A stretch of DNA of 63,719 bases, the filler included, from Chiloscyllium plagiosum (Eukaryota), in assembly GCF_004010195.1 (NCBI RefSeq). It is 5 parts of one record of this genome, joined end to end, with 100 filler letters (N's around TTAATTAATTAA, not from the genome) between each part and the next. Parts side by side here need not be neighbours in the genome. Positions count along the whole stretch, not along the records: positions 1 to 7,949 come from NC_057714.1; positions 8,050 to 28,483 come from NC_057714.1; 3 more parts are not named here. One strand, 5' to 3'. Below the pieces are notes generated by a model. That model made no database searches. It saw only the letters and a program-made list of their open reading frames with translations, and was not told where the DNA came from. The first letter of the stretch is position 1, and the number at the start of each line of letters is the position of its first letter. The translations under genes were made by a program, and so were the position numbers. Shown here piece by piece: positions 1 through 13,402 of the stretch.

Positions 1-944
1 AGCGAAGTTTGCCGATGGTACGAAGTTAGGTGGACAGGCAGGTAGTACTGAGGAAGTGGGGAGGCTGCAGAAGGATCTTGACAGGTTGGGAGAGTGGTCC
101 AGGATTTGGCTGATGGAATTTAACGTGAGCAAGTTCGAGGTCTTGCACTTTGGCAAAAAGAATAAAAGCATTGACTACTTTCTAAATGGTGAGAAAATTA
201 ATAAAGCCAAAGCACAAAGGGATCTGGGAGTGCTAGTCGAGGATTCTCTAAAGGTAAACATGCAGGTTGAGTCCGTGATGAAGAACGCGAATGCAATGTT
301 GTCTCTTATCTCAAGAGGGTTGGAATATAAAAGCAGAGATGTACTACTAAGACTTTATAAAGCTCTGGTTAGGCCCCATTTGGAGTACTTTGTCCAGTTT
401 TGGTCCCCACACCTCAGGAAGGACATACTGGCACTGGAGCATGTCCAGTGGAGATTCAAACGGATGACCCCTGAAATGCTAGGCCTAACATATGATGAAC
501 TGATGAGGATCCTGAGATTGTATTCATTAGAGTTTAGAACATTGAGGGGACATCCAATACAAACTTACAATAGAATGCATGGCTTGAAAAGGGTGGATGC
601 TGGGTTTTTGTTTCTGTTAGGTGGGGATTCTAGAATCCTTGGGCACAGCTTTAGAATTAGAGGGGGTCATTTCAGAACAGACATGCGGAGACATTTCTTC
701 AGCCAGAGAGTGGTGGGCCTGTGGAATTCATTGCCACGGAGTGCAGTGGAAGCCGGGACGCTAAATGTCTTCAAGGCCGAGATTGATAGATTCTTGTTGT
801 CTAGAGGAATTAAGGGCTACGGGGAGAACGCTGGTAAGTGGAGCTGAAATGCGCATCAGCCATGATTGAATGGCGGAGTGGACTCGATGGGCCGAATGGC
901 CTTACTTCCACTCCTATGTCTTATGGTCTTATGGTCTTATGGTC
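1..944 (+). mobile_element. CR1-clade LINE, 3' part of ORF2 (RT to C-terminus) with 3' UTR and tandem tail
   Basis: Reads KFADGTKLGG...LQKDLDRLGEWS..W.MEFNVSK..VLHFG...LYKALVRPHLEY...FFSQRVVGLWNSLP. It ends in (CTTATGGT)n at about 920-944. The usual FADD motif is FADG, so the RT is inactive. Confidence 0.92.
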
Positions 945-1656
945 AAATGAGAATAGGTAGGATACAGCAGCATTGTGATTACCGAATGAGTAGTCTAAAG
1001 GTCTGGATTAATAATTCAGATTTCATATTCTACTACAGCTGTTTGAGAAAGTGAATTGACTTTAAAAATCTGAAAATAAAAAAATGTACCAGCAAAAGCA
1101 TTCAGAAGAGTTCAGGTAAATTTTGTGTTCAAGTGAATAGAGTTATTCTCCAGTTCAAGTTCATTTCTTTCATCAATACCTGTGAAAGCGTCTGGTGGAA
1201 ATGAAACTATCAATATTCCGACCACATGTCTCCACATTGATCTTTAATTGATCTTTTAGTCTCGAATACAAGTTGTCTGTGGATTGTTTTTCATTTTTAC
1301 GGATTAACCTATGTGTGCACTAATCCATACATGGAAACTAATTATGTGACACTGAAACTTGAAATATTGGTCATACATTTTGTTCTATGAAGGTATAAAT
1401 TTACAATTTATCCATTTGGGTGGGATTAACTCACCTGCAGGTAAAATGTCATATCTAAATACAATTAGCTGATTTTGTTTTGGGTATTTGTGCATTAGCT
1501 CATACCTATCTTCCCAATGGCAGTTAGGGGTGGTTAGTGTGCTGGCCCAGTCAGCAAAGCCCACCATCTCTGAATGATTAAAAAATAACATTTTCTAATG
1601 GCTTTTGTATTATTTAATATGATATTATAACATTATTTTTTCCTCTATTTTTGCAG

Positions 1657-1932
1657 AATCAGCTGCAACTATCGTGAATAAATCTACAACTCAAACAGAG
1701 CAGACAGCAAATGTGGGAGAAAAGGTAGTCCTTGTTTGTAATGTATCTCAGTCTACTGTCGAAGGGAAATGGTACAAAAAAGGACAGGAAATAAAGCTGA
1801 GCAAAGCAGTAAGTGTTGAATCAGAAGGTACAACGCGAAGATTGGTTCTTCACAATGTCAAACCTGGAGAATCTGGTGAATATGTCTTTAAAACCAAAGA
1901 GGATGAAATTGCTATGAATGTTACACTTAAAG
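1657..1932 (+). CDS. OBSCN: Obscurin-type Ig domain exon (276 nt, phase 1-1)
   Basis: Acceptor tttttgcag|, donor AAAG|gtaaga. Translates ESAATIVNKSTTQTEQTANVGEKVVLVCNVSQSTVEGKWYKKGQEI...RRLVLHNVKPGESGEYVFKTKEDEIAMNVTLK, an I-set Ig pattern. Confidence 0.85.
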
Positions 1933-2244
1933 GTAAGACTGAACAAATGAAACACGATTGTGAAAGTACAGATGATGCATTCAAAGTATTAATTTTGGTC
2001 TCCTCCCTTTGTCTATATATGATAACTTCAAATTCTATCCAGGGTTTGAAGTGTTTGGCCTGTTTATTGATGCATCAGTATGCTGTCATTGTAAATTTGC
2101 TGTTTGACTGCTTGGCCAGTGGTAGATGTGACAAAATCAGGATCATCCATTTAACTGTTAATGGTTACCAAATTAGAAATGACCTTCAGTTTCTAACTTT
2201 AATGACTAATTCATATAATTATCACAAAATCACACAAGTGCAGA

Positions 2245-3700
2245 AGATCATAAAACAGAGGAGCAGACGTAGACCATTCAATTTGTTGAGTCTGCTCCGC
2301 TATGCAATGAGATAATAGCTGATCAGATAATACTCAACTCTACTTTCCTGTCTTTTCCCCATAACCGTGCTGATTAAAAATTTGTCTGTCCCAATCACAC
2401 GTAACGATCCTGTGCTACCCTCTGAGTAAAGAATTCCACTGATTCACCACCTTCTGAGAAAAGAAATTCCTCCTCATCATGTCGTATTCTGAGATTATAT
2501 CCTCTGATCCTAGACTCACCACATGGGGAAACAACCTCTTTGCATCAATCTTGTCAAGACCCTGAAGAATCTTGTATGTTTCAGTAAGCTCACTTTTCCT
2601 TTCTTGTTTAAGTGAGTACAGCCCTTCTTCATAAAACAATCCCTCCATACCCAGGATAAACCTAACAAATCTGCTGTGGACTAGCTCTCATGCCAGTATG
2701 TCATTCCTTATATAATGGGACTAAAACTGTTCACAATATTCCAGCTGTGGACTGACTTGTGGCTTGTATAGTTTTAGCAAAACTTTCTTATTTTTATACT
2801 TCATTATCTTTGAAATAAAGGCCAATATTTAATTTGCCTTTGCTATTACACACTGGAATTTGTAAACTAGTTTTTTGCGATTTATGCATGAGGACTCCCA
2901 AATCGCTGTGTGCTGTAGCTTTCTGCAATTTTCTCTGTTTAATTACGGAGAGATGAATTCAGTTTCTCTTTTCTTCCTGCCAAATGCATAACTTCATATT
3001 TTCCCAGTTTATATTCTATGTGCCAAGTTTTTCCCCATTTACTTAACCTGTCTATATCTCTCTGCAGACAATGTTTCATCCTCACCATTTGTCTTTCAAT
3101 TTACTTTTATGTTATCTGCAAACCTGGCTCTTGTCCATTAAATAATCTCTTGCTGTCTGCCTTGATATTAGTTACAAGTTTATCTCAAAGTTTATTTTGT
3201 CCTTCTTTATTCTTTTTGTTAATCTTTTGTTAGTTGTTAAAGCTTTTCTAATCTTCCACCTTACCACTAATCTTTGCCACGTTGCATGGTTTTGCTTACA
3301 ACTTGCCATTGTTCCACCACCCTCTTTGCTGCTCAACTACTTTCCCTGGCCACTGCAGCTACCTCTGCTTTCATTCCTATGTAACTACCCCCATTTAAGT
3401 TTAACACCGTAGTTTCTGACCCACATTTTTCCCTCTAAAAACTGAATACTAAATATTACCATGTTATATTCACTGTTTATCATGGGCTCATAATTCTGTG
3501 ATAATTTATTAAACCTGCCTTATTATACATTATAGTATCCAAAATAGCTCGATTCCTAGTTGGATCCAACACATTATTCTAGGAAAAGGACTCTATGAAT
3601 TCATTCTCCTGGTTAACATTACCACAAGGAATTGAGGGAAACTTGCGAGATGGACACTATTCGTCTCCAAATTTGCTTAACATTCCTCTGACATTATCAT
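2245..3700 (-). mobile_element. Degraded CR1 LINE with internal deletions
   Basis: The - strand reads LTETYKILQGLDKIDAKRLFP...RRNFFSQKVVNQWNSL. Boundaries are approximate. Confidence 0.75.
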
Positions 3701-4010
3701 TAGATTAGATTAGATTACTTACAGTGTGGAAACAGGCCCTTCGGCCCAACAAGTCCACACCGACCCGCCGAAGCGCAACCCACCCATTCCCCTACATTTA
3801 CCCCTTTACCTAACACTACGGGCAATTTAGCATGGCCAATTCACCTGACATCTTTGGACTGTGGGAGGAAACTGGAGCACCCGGAGGAAACCCACACAGA
3901 CACGGGGACAATGTACAAACTCCACACAGTCAGTCCCCTGAGTCGGGAATTGAACCCGATTCTCTGGTGCTGCGAGGCAGCAGTGCTAACCACTGTGCCA
4001 CCGTGCCGCC
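3701..4010 (-). mobile_element. HE1-type tRNA-derived V-SINE
   Basis: The - strand starts GGGCGGCACGGTGGCACAGTGGTTAGCACTGCTGCC (A box) and has GGTTCAATTCC (B box). It contains the V-domain TGTGTGGGTTTCCTCCGGGTGCTCC and a (TAATC)n tail. Confidence 0.9.
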
Positions 4011-4014
4011 CACA

Positions 4015-4970
4015 AACCTATATCATTTATGTATACAACAAACAATAAAGAGTTCCACAACTGATCTTTGTGGTACACTGGCCTCCAGTCACTCAGACAG
4101 CCTTCTACCATTACCCTTTGTGCCCTCTTACTAAGCCAGGGTGGCACGGTGGGTTGGTCAGATGGGCAAACCAGTGGCAGATGATATTTAATTCTGATAA
4201 GTGTGAGGTGATGCACTTTGGAAGAAGAAACAAGATGAGGGACTATTTAATGAATGGAAGGACACTGAGTAACTTAGTGGACTGGGGTGGGGATCTTGGG
4301 GTAATTATTCACAGATCCCTGAAGTCTGTAGAGTATGTGAAAAGGATAGTTAAGAAGGCATATAGGACACTTGTTTTCATTAGTCGTGGCAGAGTATAAG
4401 AGCAAGGAGGCCATGTTGACGTTGTTTAGAGTGTTGGTCAGGCCACAGTTCTGTTCACCTCGCTCAAGGAAGGTGATGATAGCACTAGAGGGGATACAGA
4501 GGAAGTTCATCAGGATGTTACTTGAAATGGAGAAACTAAAGTGTAAGGAGAAACTAGATAGGCTTGGATTGTTTTCTTAAGATCAGAAAAGACTGAGGGT
4601 GGACATAATTGAAGTGTGTAAGATTATGAAGGGTATGGACAGGGTGAATAGAAAGCAGCTCCTCCCCTTGGTTGAGGGGTCAGTCATGAGAGGGCATGGT
4701 TTTAGGGTAAAGGGCAGCAGATTCATAGGGGATTTGGGAATAAACATTTTCACTCAGTGGGTGGTGGAAATCTGGGATGCATTGCTTGGGAAGATAGTGG
4801 CGGCTGGAAACCTTGCAACCTTTAAAATATACTTGGATCAGTACTTCAAATATCATAACATTCAATAATATGGGATAAGTGTAGAAAATAGGAATTAGCG
4901 CATTTGTAGTGGCAGTTATGTTGATGCAGACTTGATGGGCTGAAGGTTCTTTTTCTGCACTGTATGGATC
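4015..4970 (+). mobile_element. CR1 LINE 3' fragment, with a short inverted RT piece at its 5' end
   Basis: Reads WANQWQMIFNSDKCEVMHFG...LFRVLVRPQ...IFTQWVVEIWDAL across frameshifts. 4015-4135 is RT sequence on the opposite strand. Confidence 0.8.
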
Positions 4971-7619
4971 ATTTGAATCTGATTTTCACAATCTATTTAA
5001 AGATTAAATAACCCCATCATTAATTAACTGCCTTTCTTACGTGTCCTTGAGATCTCCTGACTGTACTACAATATAGCTATTGTTAGGATGCCATAATCTA
5101 CTCCTACTAGTGCCTCTTTTTCCTTTTTGCACCTTCCTCCACCGATATAGATTCTGCATTTCCGAATCCAAGATCACTTCTTGCTATCCTACTAATCCAT
5201 CCCATTCTAATAAAGCTACTCCACCACTCTTTTCTTCCTGTCTGTCTTTTCAAAACTTCACATACTCCTGAATATCTAGTCCCCAGCTTTGGTCTCCTCC
5301 TTGCTCTTATACATGGCCTCCTTGCTCTTATACTCTGCCATGACTGATGAAAGCAAGTGGCCCATATACCTTCTTAACTATCCTATTCAATATTCTGCTG
5401 ACTTCAGGGATCTGTGAATAATTACCCAAGATCCCCGCCCTGGTCCTCTAAGCTACTGTGTGTCCTTTCATTGGGAAGGGGCCATATTGGACATGGTGTT
5501 GGGAATGAGCCAGACCAGGTGATAGAAATTGCAGTGGGAGATTTCTTTGGGAATAGTGACACAATTCTGTAAATTTTAGAATACTCGTAGACAAAGGTGA
5601 GAGTGGTCCTTAGGGACGAGTACTAAACTGGGTCAAGGCCAATTTATATCAAAATTAGACAGGAGCTGGGAAATGTGGATTGGACACAGCTCTTTGAAGG
5701 AAAATCCACATTTGATATGTGGGAGGCTTTCAAAGATAAGTTGAAGATAGTGCAGGATAGGCATGTCCTTTGAAAACAAGGGATAGGAAAGGCAAGCGTA
5801 CATAAAGTCCAGGCAGCTAAGAACAGAATGGCCCTTGGAGGAATATCAGGAGAATAGGACCACTCTTAAATGAGGAATCAAGTGGGCTAAAAGGGGTCAT
5901 GAAATGTCTTTAGCAGGTAGAATTAAGGAGAGTCCCAAGGCCTCTTATTCTTTCATAAGAAGCAAGAGAGTAACTAGAGAAAGAGTTGGTCCACTAAAGG
6001 ATAAGGAAAGAAGGTTGTGTGTTGAACGTGAGAAAGTGGGAGAGATTCTCAATGATTACTTTGCATCAGTGTTCACTAAGGAATGGGAGGTGATGGATGC
6101 TGAGATTAGAGCTAGAAGTTTGTTTACTCTGGATCATGTTGACATAAGGAAGGAAGATGTGTTGGGTAGGCTAAAGGATATTAAGGTGGACAAATCTCCA
6201 GGACCGGATGAGATCTATCCCAGGTTGTTGTGAGGGCGGGAGAGAAGAAATAGCTCTGACAGATATCTTTAGAGCATCCTTAAATACAGTTGAGGTGGCG
6301 GTGGACTGGAGGGTCGCTCCTGTACAAGAAGGGTAGTAGGGATATTCCAAATACCTACAGACCAGTGAGCCTGATGTCAGTGGTGGAAAAGTTGCTGGAG
6401 AAGGTACTGAGGGATAAAATCTATTTATATTTGAAAAGAATGGGCTTATTAGTGATATGCAACATGGTTTTGTGCGGGGGAGATCGTGCCTTACCAACTT
6501 AATAGAGTGCTTCGAGGAAGTGACCAAGTTGATAGATGAAGGAAGGGCTGTAGATGTCATACACATGAATTTTAGTAAGGCATTTGATAAAGTTCCCCAT
6601 GATAAACTAATAGAGGAGGTGAAGTCACGTGGTGTGCAGGGTGTTCTCGCTAGGTGGATAATGAACTGGTTGAGCAACAGGAGACAGAGAGTGGTAGTTG
6701 AAGGGAGTTTCTCGAAATGGAGAAAGGTGACCAGTGGTGTTCCGCAGGGATCAGTGCTGGGGCCACTAATGTTTGTAATATACGTAAATGATCTGGAAGA
6801 GGGCATTGTTGGTCTGATCAGTAAGTTTGCAGATGACACGAAGATTGGTGGAGTAGCAGAAAGCATAGGGACTGTCAAAGAATACAGGAGAATATAGATA
6901 GACTGGAGAGTTGGGCGGAGAAGTACCAGATGGAATTCAATCCAGACAAATGTGAGGTGGTACATTTTGGGAACTTTAATTCTGGAGCCAACTATACTGT
7001 AAATGGAAGAGCCTTGGGAGAAGTTGATGAGCAAAGAGAGATCTGGGAGTTCAGGTCCATTGTACCCTGAAGATGGCTACACAGCTGGATAACGTGGTCA
7101 AGTAGGCATATGGTATGCTTGCCTTGATTGGGCAGGGTATTGAGTATAAGAGTTGGCAGGTCATGTTAAAATTGTACAAGACATTAGTTCAGCCGCATTT
7201 AGAATTCTGTGTACAGATTTCGTCGCCGCATTACCAAAAGGATGTGGACGCTATGGAGAGAGTGCAGAGAAGGTTTATGAGGGTGTTGCCTGGTATGGAA
7301 GATGCAAGCTATGAAGAGAGGTTGAGTAGGTTAGGATTGTTTTCATTAGAAAAAAGAAGATTGAGGGGGGACCTGATTGAGGTCTACAAAGTCATGAAGG
7401 ATATAGACAGGGTAGGTAGAGATAAGCTTTTTCCCAGGGTGAGGGATTCAATAATGAGAGGTAACACGTTCAAGGTGAGGGGTGAAAAGTTTAAGGAGGA
7501 TATACATGGCAAGTACTTTACACAGAGGGTGGTAGGTGCCTGGAATGTGTTGCCAGCAGAGGTAGTAGAGGCGGGCGTAGTAGATTCATTTAAGTTGCGT
7601 CTGGACAGATACGTGAGTA

Positions 7620-8534
7620 CATAGAACATAGAAAAAATACAGCGCAGTACAGGCCCTGTGGCCCTCGATGTTGCGCCGATCCAAGCCCACCTAACCTACA
7701 CTAGCCCACTATCCTCTATATGCCTATCCAATGCCCGTTTAAATGCCCATAAAGAGGGAGAGTCCACCACTGCTACTGGCAGGGCATTCCATGAACTCAC
7801 GACTCGCTGAGTAAAGAATCTACCCCTAACATCTGTCCTATACCTACCACCCCTTAATTTAAAGCTCTGCCCCCTCGTAATAGCTAACTCCATACGTGGA
7901 AAAAGGTTCTCACGGTCAACCCTATCTAAACCCCTAATCATCTTATACANNNNNNNNNNNNNNNNNNNNNNNNNNNNNNNNNNNNNNNNNNNNTTAATTA
8001 ATTAANNNNNNNNNNNNNNNNNNNNNNNNNNNNNNNNNNNNNNNNNNNNTTCCTGAGTGAATACTGGCGAAAAGTATTCATTCAGTGTCTCCCCAATCTC
8101 TTCCGCCTCCACATGCAACTTCCCACTACTATCCTTGACTGGACCTATTCCTACCCTAGTTATTCTTTTATTCCTGTCATACCTATAGAAAGCCTTAGGG
8201 TTTTCCCTAATCCTACCAACTAAGGTCCTTTCATGTCCCCTCCTTGCTGCTTTTGCTCTCTCTTCAGGTCCTTCCTGGCTATCTTATAACTCTCAATCGC
8301 CCCAATTGAACCTTCATGCCTCATCTTTACATAGGCCGCCCTCTTCCATTTAACAAGGGATTCCAATTCCTTATTAAACCACGGCTCCCTCACACGACCC
8401 TTTCCTCCCTGCCTGACAGGTACATACTTATCAATGACACTCAATAGTTGCTCCTTGAACAAGCTCCACATATCAATTGTGCCCATGCCTTGAAGCCTAC
8501 TTTTCCAAGCCACGCATCCTAAGCCGTAGCTCAC
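7620..8534 (-). mobile_element. CR1 LINE nested in the opposite orientation; spans a scaffold join
   Basis: Tail ACATAGAACATAGA at about 7620. The - strand reads IRGLDRVDRENLFPR...GRFFTQRVVSSWNALP, with more upstream ORF2 sequence beyond the join. Confidence 0.8.
7950..8049. other. Artificial scaffold join (N44-TTAATTAATTAA-N44)
   Basis: Exactly 100 bp; the identical spacer occurs four times in the window. Confidence 0.95.
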
Positions 8535-9469
8535 GAGTCGGTGGGGAGCAGAGGGATACAGATGCCTAGGAATTGGGCGATAGGTTTAGACAGTGAGTTT
8601 GGCTTGGGTCAGGCTTGGAGGGCTGAAGGGCCTGTCCTGGGCTGTAAATTTTCTTTGTTACTTTGTTCTTTGTAACCATATCTGAGTAATGGTTATCATA
8701 TAACCACAAACTTCTATATGCACTGTTAATTCTTCTATTTTGTTCTGAATGCTGTGTGCATTCATATATGTTAAAAGAGCCAATAATTTGCCTTTTTATC
8801 ATTTCTTCCCCCTTTCAATCTATTTACTGCTGTTTTGTTATGTTCGAACTCTCTGTCCCTCCTGTCCCACTGTGAATATCATTATCAAAATAGCTGTACT
8901 GTAATCTTTTGCTTTGTAAGTCTGCATTTCGCCTGTCACAAACCTTCTCCTATTGATTAGTTTAAAACCTAACTATAGCCTATATGTCCCTTATTATTTG
9001 ACTCGACAAGACACTGGTCCCAGCATGGTTCAAGGAAACCCTTTCTGCTGGAACAACTCCCTTCTACCCCAGTACTGGTGTCACTCCCTTCTACCCCAGT
9101 ACTGGTGTCAGTCCCCCATGAAGTGAACCTTCATTGTAGTTCTACCATGGATGACAATAACTGCCACTGTGCACACCGACTCCCAAGTTCTTCTTCAGCT
9201 CGATGAATTGTCCTTAACACTGTCACCAAGCAATTGTGCCTTCAGGACTTATTCTAACGAATACAGAGAACGGAATTTATGACCCCAATTATAATGACCC
9301 TAACATAACTACATTGTTAGATTGCTCATCCTCCCTGGAGCATCCTGTCTCATTTGAACAGGTTGTAAGACAGTTGTGGGAGGTGAGGTTTCTCAAATGC
9401 AACTCCTTGGGTCACTGTGGCTATCTTTCTTGCAGTCACACCCACCTATCCCTGATCATAGACCAGTTT

Positions 9470-9950
9470 TAGAGTCATATAAGAGTATGGAAGCAGAACC
9501 TTCTGTCCAACTTGTTCGCGCCGACCAGATATACTAAACTGACCAATCCCATTTGCCAACACTTGGCCTATCTCCCTGTAAATCTTTCTTATTCATGTAC
9601 CCATCCAGATGCCTTTTAAATGTTGTAATTGTACCCGCTTGCACCACCTCCTCTGATAGCTCATTCCACACAAGCACTACCGTCTGCATGAGAAAGTTAT
9701 CTCTCAGGTCCCTTTTAAATCTTTCCCCTATCCCTATCAAGCTTTGCCTTCAAGTTTTGGACTCCCCTACCCTGGGAAAAAGAATTTGGCTATTCACCCT
9801 ATCCATGCCCCTCATGATTTTATAAACCTTTATAAGGTCATCCCTCAGCCTTCGATGTTACAGGGAAAATATTCCCAGCCTATTCAGCCTTTCCCTCTAG
9901 CTCAAACTCTCAAATTCCAGTAATATCCTTGTAAATCTTTTCTGAACTAA
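9470..9950 (-). mobile_element. CR1 LINE 3' fragment
   Basis: The - strand reads GERFKRDLRDNFLMQTVVLVWNELSEEVVQAGTITTFKRHLDGYM. Confidence 0.85.
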
Positions 9951-10302
9951 TTTAAATTACCTTTAACATTGTTTCAATTTAACTGATCATTCAATGTCTT
10001 TTTGAATGTCTTGATTGAAAGTGCCCCCACCACACTTCAGGGCATTGCCATTCCAGACCACTTGAGTGAAAATATTTTTTCTCTCATCACTTTGAATGAG
10101 TCAATGTGAATTCTGGCCTAACTTGGAGTTTAGAAAAGCATTCCGATTAAACATTTTTGTTCATTAAATACATTATTATTTGGATATTACAAAATATTTT
10201 TGAAAAATATCAAAACTTTTCAATTTAAAATTCTCATCACTGGTCAAGTTTGTCTCAACCACTTCTCATTCCAAAATACTAATTAATTTTTCTTGATTTT
10301 AG

Positions 10303-10578
10303 AACCAGAAACTGGATTTGTGAACAAAAATTCAGTTCAGAAGGAAGTGAAAGTTCGACAATCAGAAAATGTTACTCTTAGCTGTGAAGTGTCACACCCC
10401 AAAACTGAAGTCCAATGGTTCAGAGATGGAAAACTACTCAGTAAGAGTGGAAAGGTGAAACTCGAATCTGATGCTAAAATTCGAAAGCTTACTATTCAGA
10501 ATGTGGAGTCAAAAGATTGCGGTGGATACATTTGTGAGGCAGCTGGAGAGAAACTGACCTTCAATATTCAGGTTACAG
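10303..10578 (+). CDS. OBSCN: Obscurin tandem Ig-repeat exon (276 nt, phase 1-1)
   Basis: Acceptor tcttgattttag|, donor ACAG|gtctga. Translates EPETGFVNKNSVQKEVKVRQSENVTLSCEVSHPKTEVQWFRDGKLLSKSGKV...YICEAAGEKLTFNIQVT. This matches the 92-aa obscurin repeat pattern (ATLSCEV..TEV.W.KDGK.L.SS.KV...Y.CEAGG..LSF). Confidence 0.93.
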
Positions 10579-13195
10579 GTCTGACATTTTGTACTCCTTT
10601 AATTATTCCAGTATTCATTTGTAACATTTGTACAAATTTTGTCACTGTATAGGACCTTTTTTTGGTTCTCTTTATCTCAAGTTAATTTGAAATTAGTCAT
10701 TTACGCTACTTACGTGCATCAAGATATATGGAATAAAAGCATGTAGATAAAAGCAAAAGGATGCAGCTGCTTCGAGTCTGAAAATACACAGATAATGTTG
10801 GTAATACTCAGCTGGTTAGGCATCGTTTGTGAGGAGAGAAATAATTTCAGGTTGATGATCTTTCATCAGAATTGAGGTAGAGATTGACACCACTATGTTT
10901 GGATAAACTGACTGAAGGATCTGAATGGTTTACTATGTTCCTGTGAAGCATTTTTGTCATTTGTGACCTGTATCATGAAAATCAGCAACTTAGTACTAAA
11001 TGTTTACTTGGAATGTTTAGTGGTGATTGCACTGTGGAATCAGGAGTTCACTGATGCTTCTACATAAATGATCCACAATTAGGGAATGAATTTAGTTTCA
11101 TGATCTTCCAGCAGTCAGTCGAGCAACTTCCCACGAAGGCGATTGTGGCTGGCTATCTCACGACACACCATTGTTAAACAGAGCAAGTGTTAGGCCCTTC
11201 ATTTACATGAGCAAAGGGCTTAGTGCTAGGTTCAGCATTGAAAAAGGGTTTCTTGTTTCTCTTTATCCAATATTTTGTTTAGCTAATTTTCAGACAAACA
11301 TTTACATTCTTAGTAGGCTGCCTAGCTCTTGGAAAACGGAAGATACGCAGATTGGTATTAATACCCATATATATTACAAAGGAATAATATTTTTCTAATT
11401 ATTATAGGCCTGTCAGAATTTCCTTAAGAAGGCCTGTTTTAATTGCGTTTTTTTTTGTTTTAAGAACATATTTGGAGGATTTTTGTCAGTTTTGAATTCG
11501 AGGTAATCCTTTACCCTGCCTCTGAGATAAATGATTCAAGCCTCATTCTCAAGAGATGAGGACATAAATAAGGTGACACAGTGCATTACTAAAGGAGTTC
11601 TGTGCACATAATGTTCTTTGTTACCGATGAGATGCTAAAATAAGACCTCACCTGCTCTTTCAGATGTACTTACAGGTCGCATGGTATCATTCAAAGAAAA
11701 ACAGTGAAGTATTACTTAGGCTAAAATCGATATTTCAGCTCGAATTACTAAAATTGTCTGTTTCCTTGTGGGCTGAACCATAATCTCTTCCAAAAAACAG
11801 TGAATTGTGTATAAGTTTGTTTTCATTATTGAATTTATTTTTCTGTAATCTATGGATAATCCATTTGACCCATCTCATTTAGAAACTAACACCATTAGTG
11901 AACTCCTGCTGCTAGGTTTAATTTTCTTGGTGGTGTTCCAGGCTTAACGAATCAGGATGTTATTTTATAGCTACTAGTTCCCCTGCAATCTTATCATGTC
12001 TAGCTAACATAGTACATACTGGTATATCTCTACAGATTTCCTTAAATCTCTTTAAAAACCTTATTAGATGCTCATGTTGTCCTTCCTCAAAGTACAAAAC
12101 TACATTAACTAACTGTCCTAGTATGTCAATGTTGGTTAGTTGAAATTGCTGACGTGGTAGATAGTGTTCGGGCTCACCGGAGCCCATCCACTCCATGCTG
12201 CTGCATTGTGTTTCTCTTTCTCGTCTTTTTTTTAATCTTCTTCCTTTCTTCTTCAGCTTTGAGGCTGAAGTGGTGTAGGTGAGGTGGTGGCTGCAGTGTC
12301 AGTAGCGTGGACCAGGACTCCTGGCAGCCGTGCTGATGCCTGGAGCCTGAACTCTCAGTGGTGATAGACCCAGAGCTTGGACTCTTAGCAGTGTTGGCAA
12401 GATGGTGGCAGGTGCAGAGTCTGGGTTTCCTGAGGCATCAGCGTAGTTGTTGCTGTTCCTAGAGCAGGACTTTTTGAGAACCCGAACACATTGAGGAAAC
12501 CTTGCAGAAGCTCTGAAGCCATGTTTGAGACCCCAATTTGAACAGAAGATGAACTCTTATTAAAGTAATTTGTTTAACATATTATGCCTCAAAACTGTGC
12601 TGGATTGTGGCAACAAAACACCTTTCACTGTATCTTCAAGATATAGGTGACAATAACTAAACCATTCATCATTCAAATCGAGGATGTTTACTCTGGAAAT
12701 GGTATATCTCACCTTTTCTCTCATCTTTACTGCCTCTGTCATCATTCATTTCTCTTACCATTATTCCCTGCTGTTATCAGATTTTTGAACAAACTTCTCA
12801 TATATTAAAGTTAATCTTTCTTTGCATCTTCTCTGCCGCTGTAACACTATATTCTCATTCTGTTCTATTACCCTTATGTAATTATGTAGGGTATGATTTG
12901 CCTGGATAGCATGCAAAACAGTACTTTTCACTGTATCTCGGTACATATTGACAATAATAAAATCAAATGTGATATACTTGCTCTTTCCCACTGTCCTTCC
13001 TATGATTATATCACTTTAACATGTTCACATGATTTTCCGATTCTTCTTCGTGCAATGAGGTTCATCTACCAGTTAAGTCACTTTACTAACCTTCCTCACT
13101 AACGTTTTTGGACTACTGAATCTTACTTGCAGTGATTCACTTTGGAATGATATGAAAACTAAATCTTCGTCTCCTGTTTGAAACATTCTAGATGT

Positions 13196-13402
13196 TCAAA
13201 GTTTGGGAGAAGATTTGTAGCTCGGGTGCTCGTTGTTGTGGTTCTGTTCGCCGAGCTGGAAATTTTTGTTGCAAATTTTCGTCCCCTGTCTAGGTGACAC
13301 CACAGAAGCGCTTCACAGGAGGCTCCCAAGCACTGAGGATGTCACCTAGACAGGGGACGAAACGTTTGCAACAAAAATTTCCAGCTCGGCGAACAGAACC
13401 AC
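13196..13402. mobile_element. Short Penelope-like (Poseidon-type) insert with inverted arms and hammerhead-like core
   Basis: Arms GTTGTGGTTCTGTTCGCCGAGCTGG...TAGGTGACA and their reverse complement. TSD AACATTCTAGATGT at 13182-13195 and 13403-13416. Core CTGAGGA...GAAACGTT. Confidence 0.75.

Larger units (their letters stand above)
5471..8672 (+). mobile_element. Long CR1 LINE (ORF2 including RT), interrupted near its 3' end by another CR1
   Basis: Reads QHGFVRGRSCLTNLIE...SGVPQGSVLGPLMFVIYVNDL...ISKFADDTKIGG. The 3' end resumes at about 8535 and ends in (CTTTGTT)n. Confidence 0.9.

Noticed and set aside
56..847. Open 263-aa RT-related ORF as an active or domesticated element
   Set aside because: The catalytic FADD is mutated to FADG and the normal CR1 tail is present, so it is an ordinary dead copy. 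The 5' part is outside the window.
1933..2315. Hydrophobic extension of ORF 1674-2315 suggesting a membrane-anchored Ig protein
   Set aside because: It lies after a consensus AAG|gtaaga donor at the 276-nt Ig boundary, so it is intron read-through. An alternative terminal exon cannot be formally excluded.
6171..7034. 287-aa - strand ORF and similar ORFs (30818-31321, 32473-33075)
   Set aside because: Antisense shadows of CR1 ORF2.
7994..8005. TTAATTAATTAA palindrome recurring four times
   Set aside because: Always centred in exactly 44+44 Ns. It is an assembly spacer with stops in all six frames, not biology.
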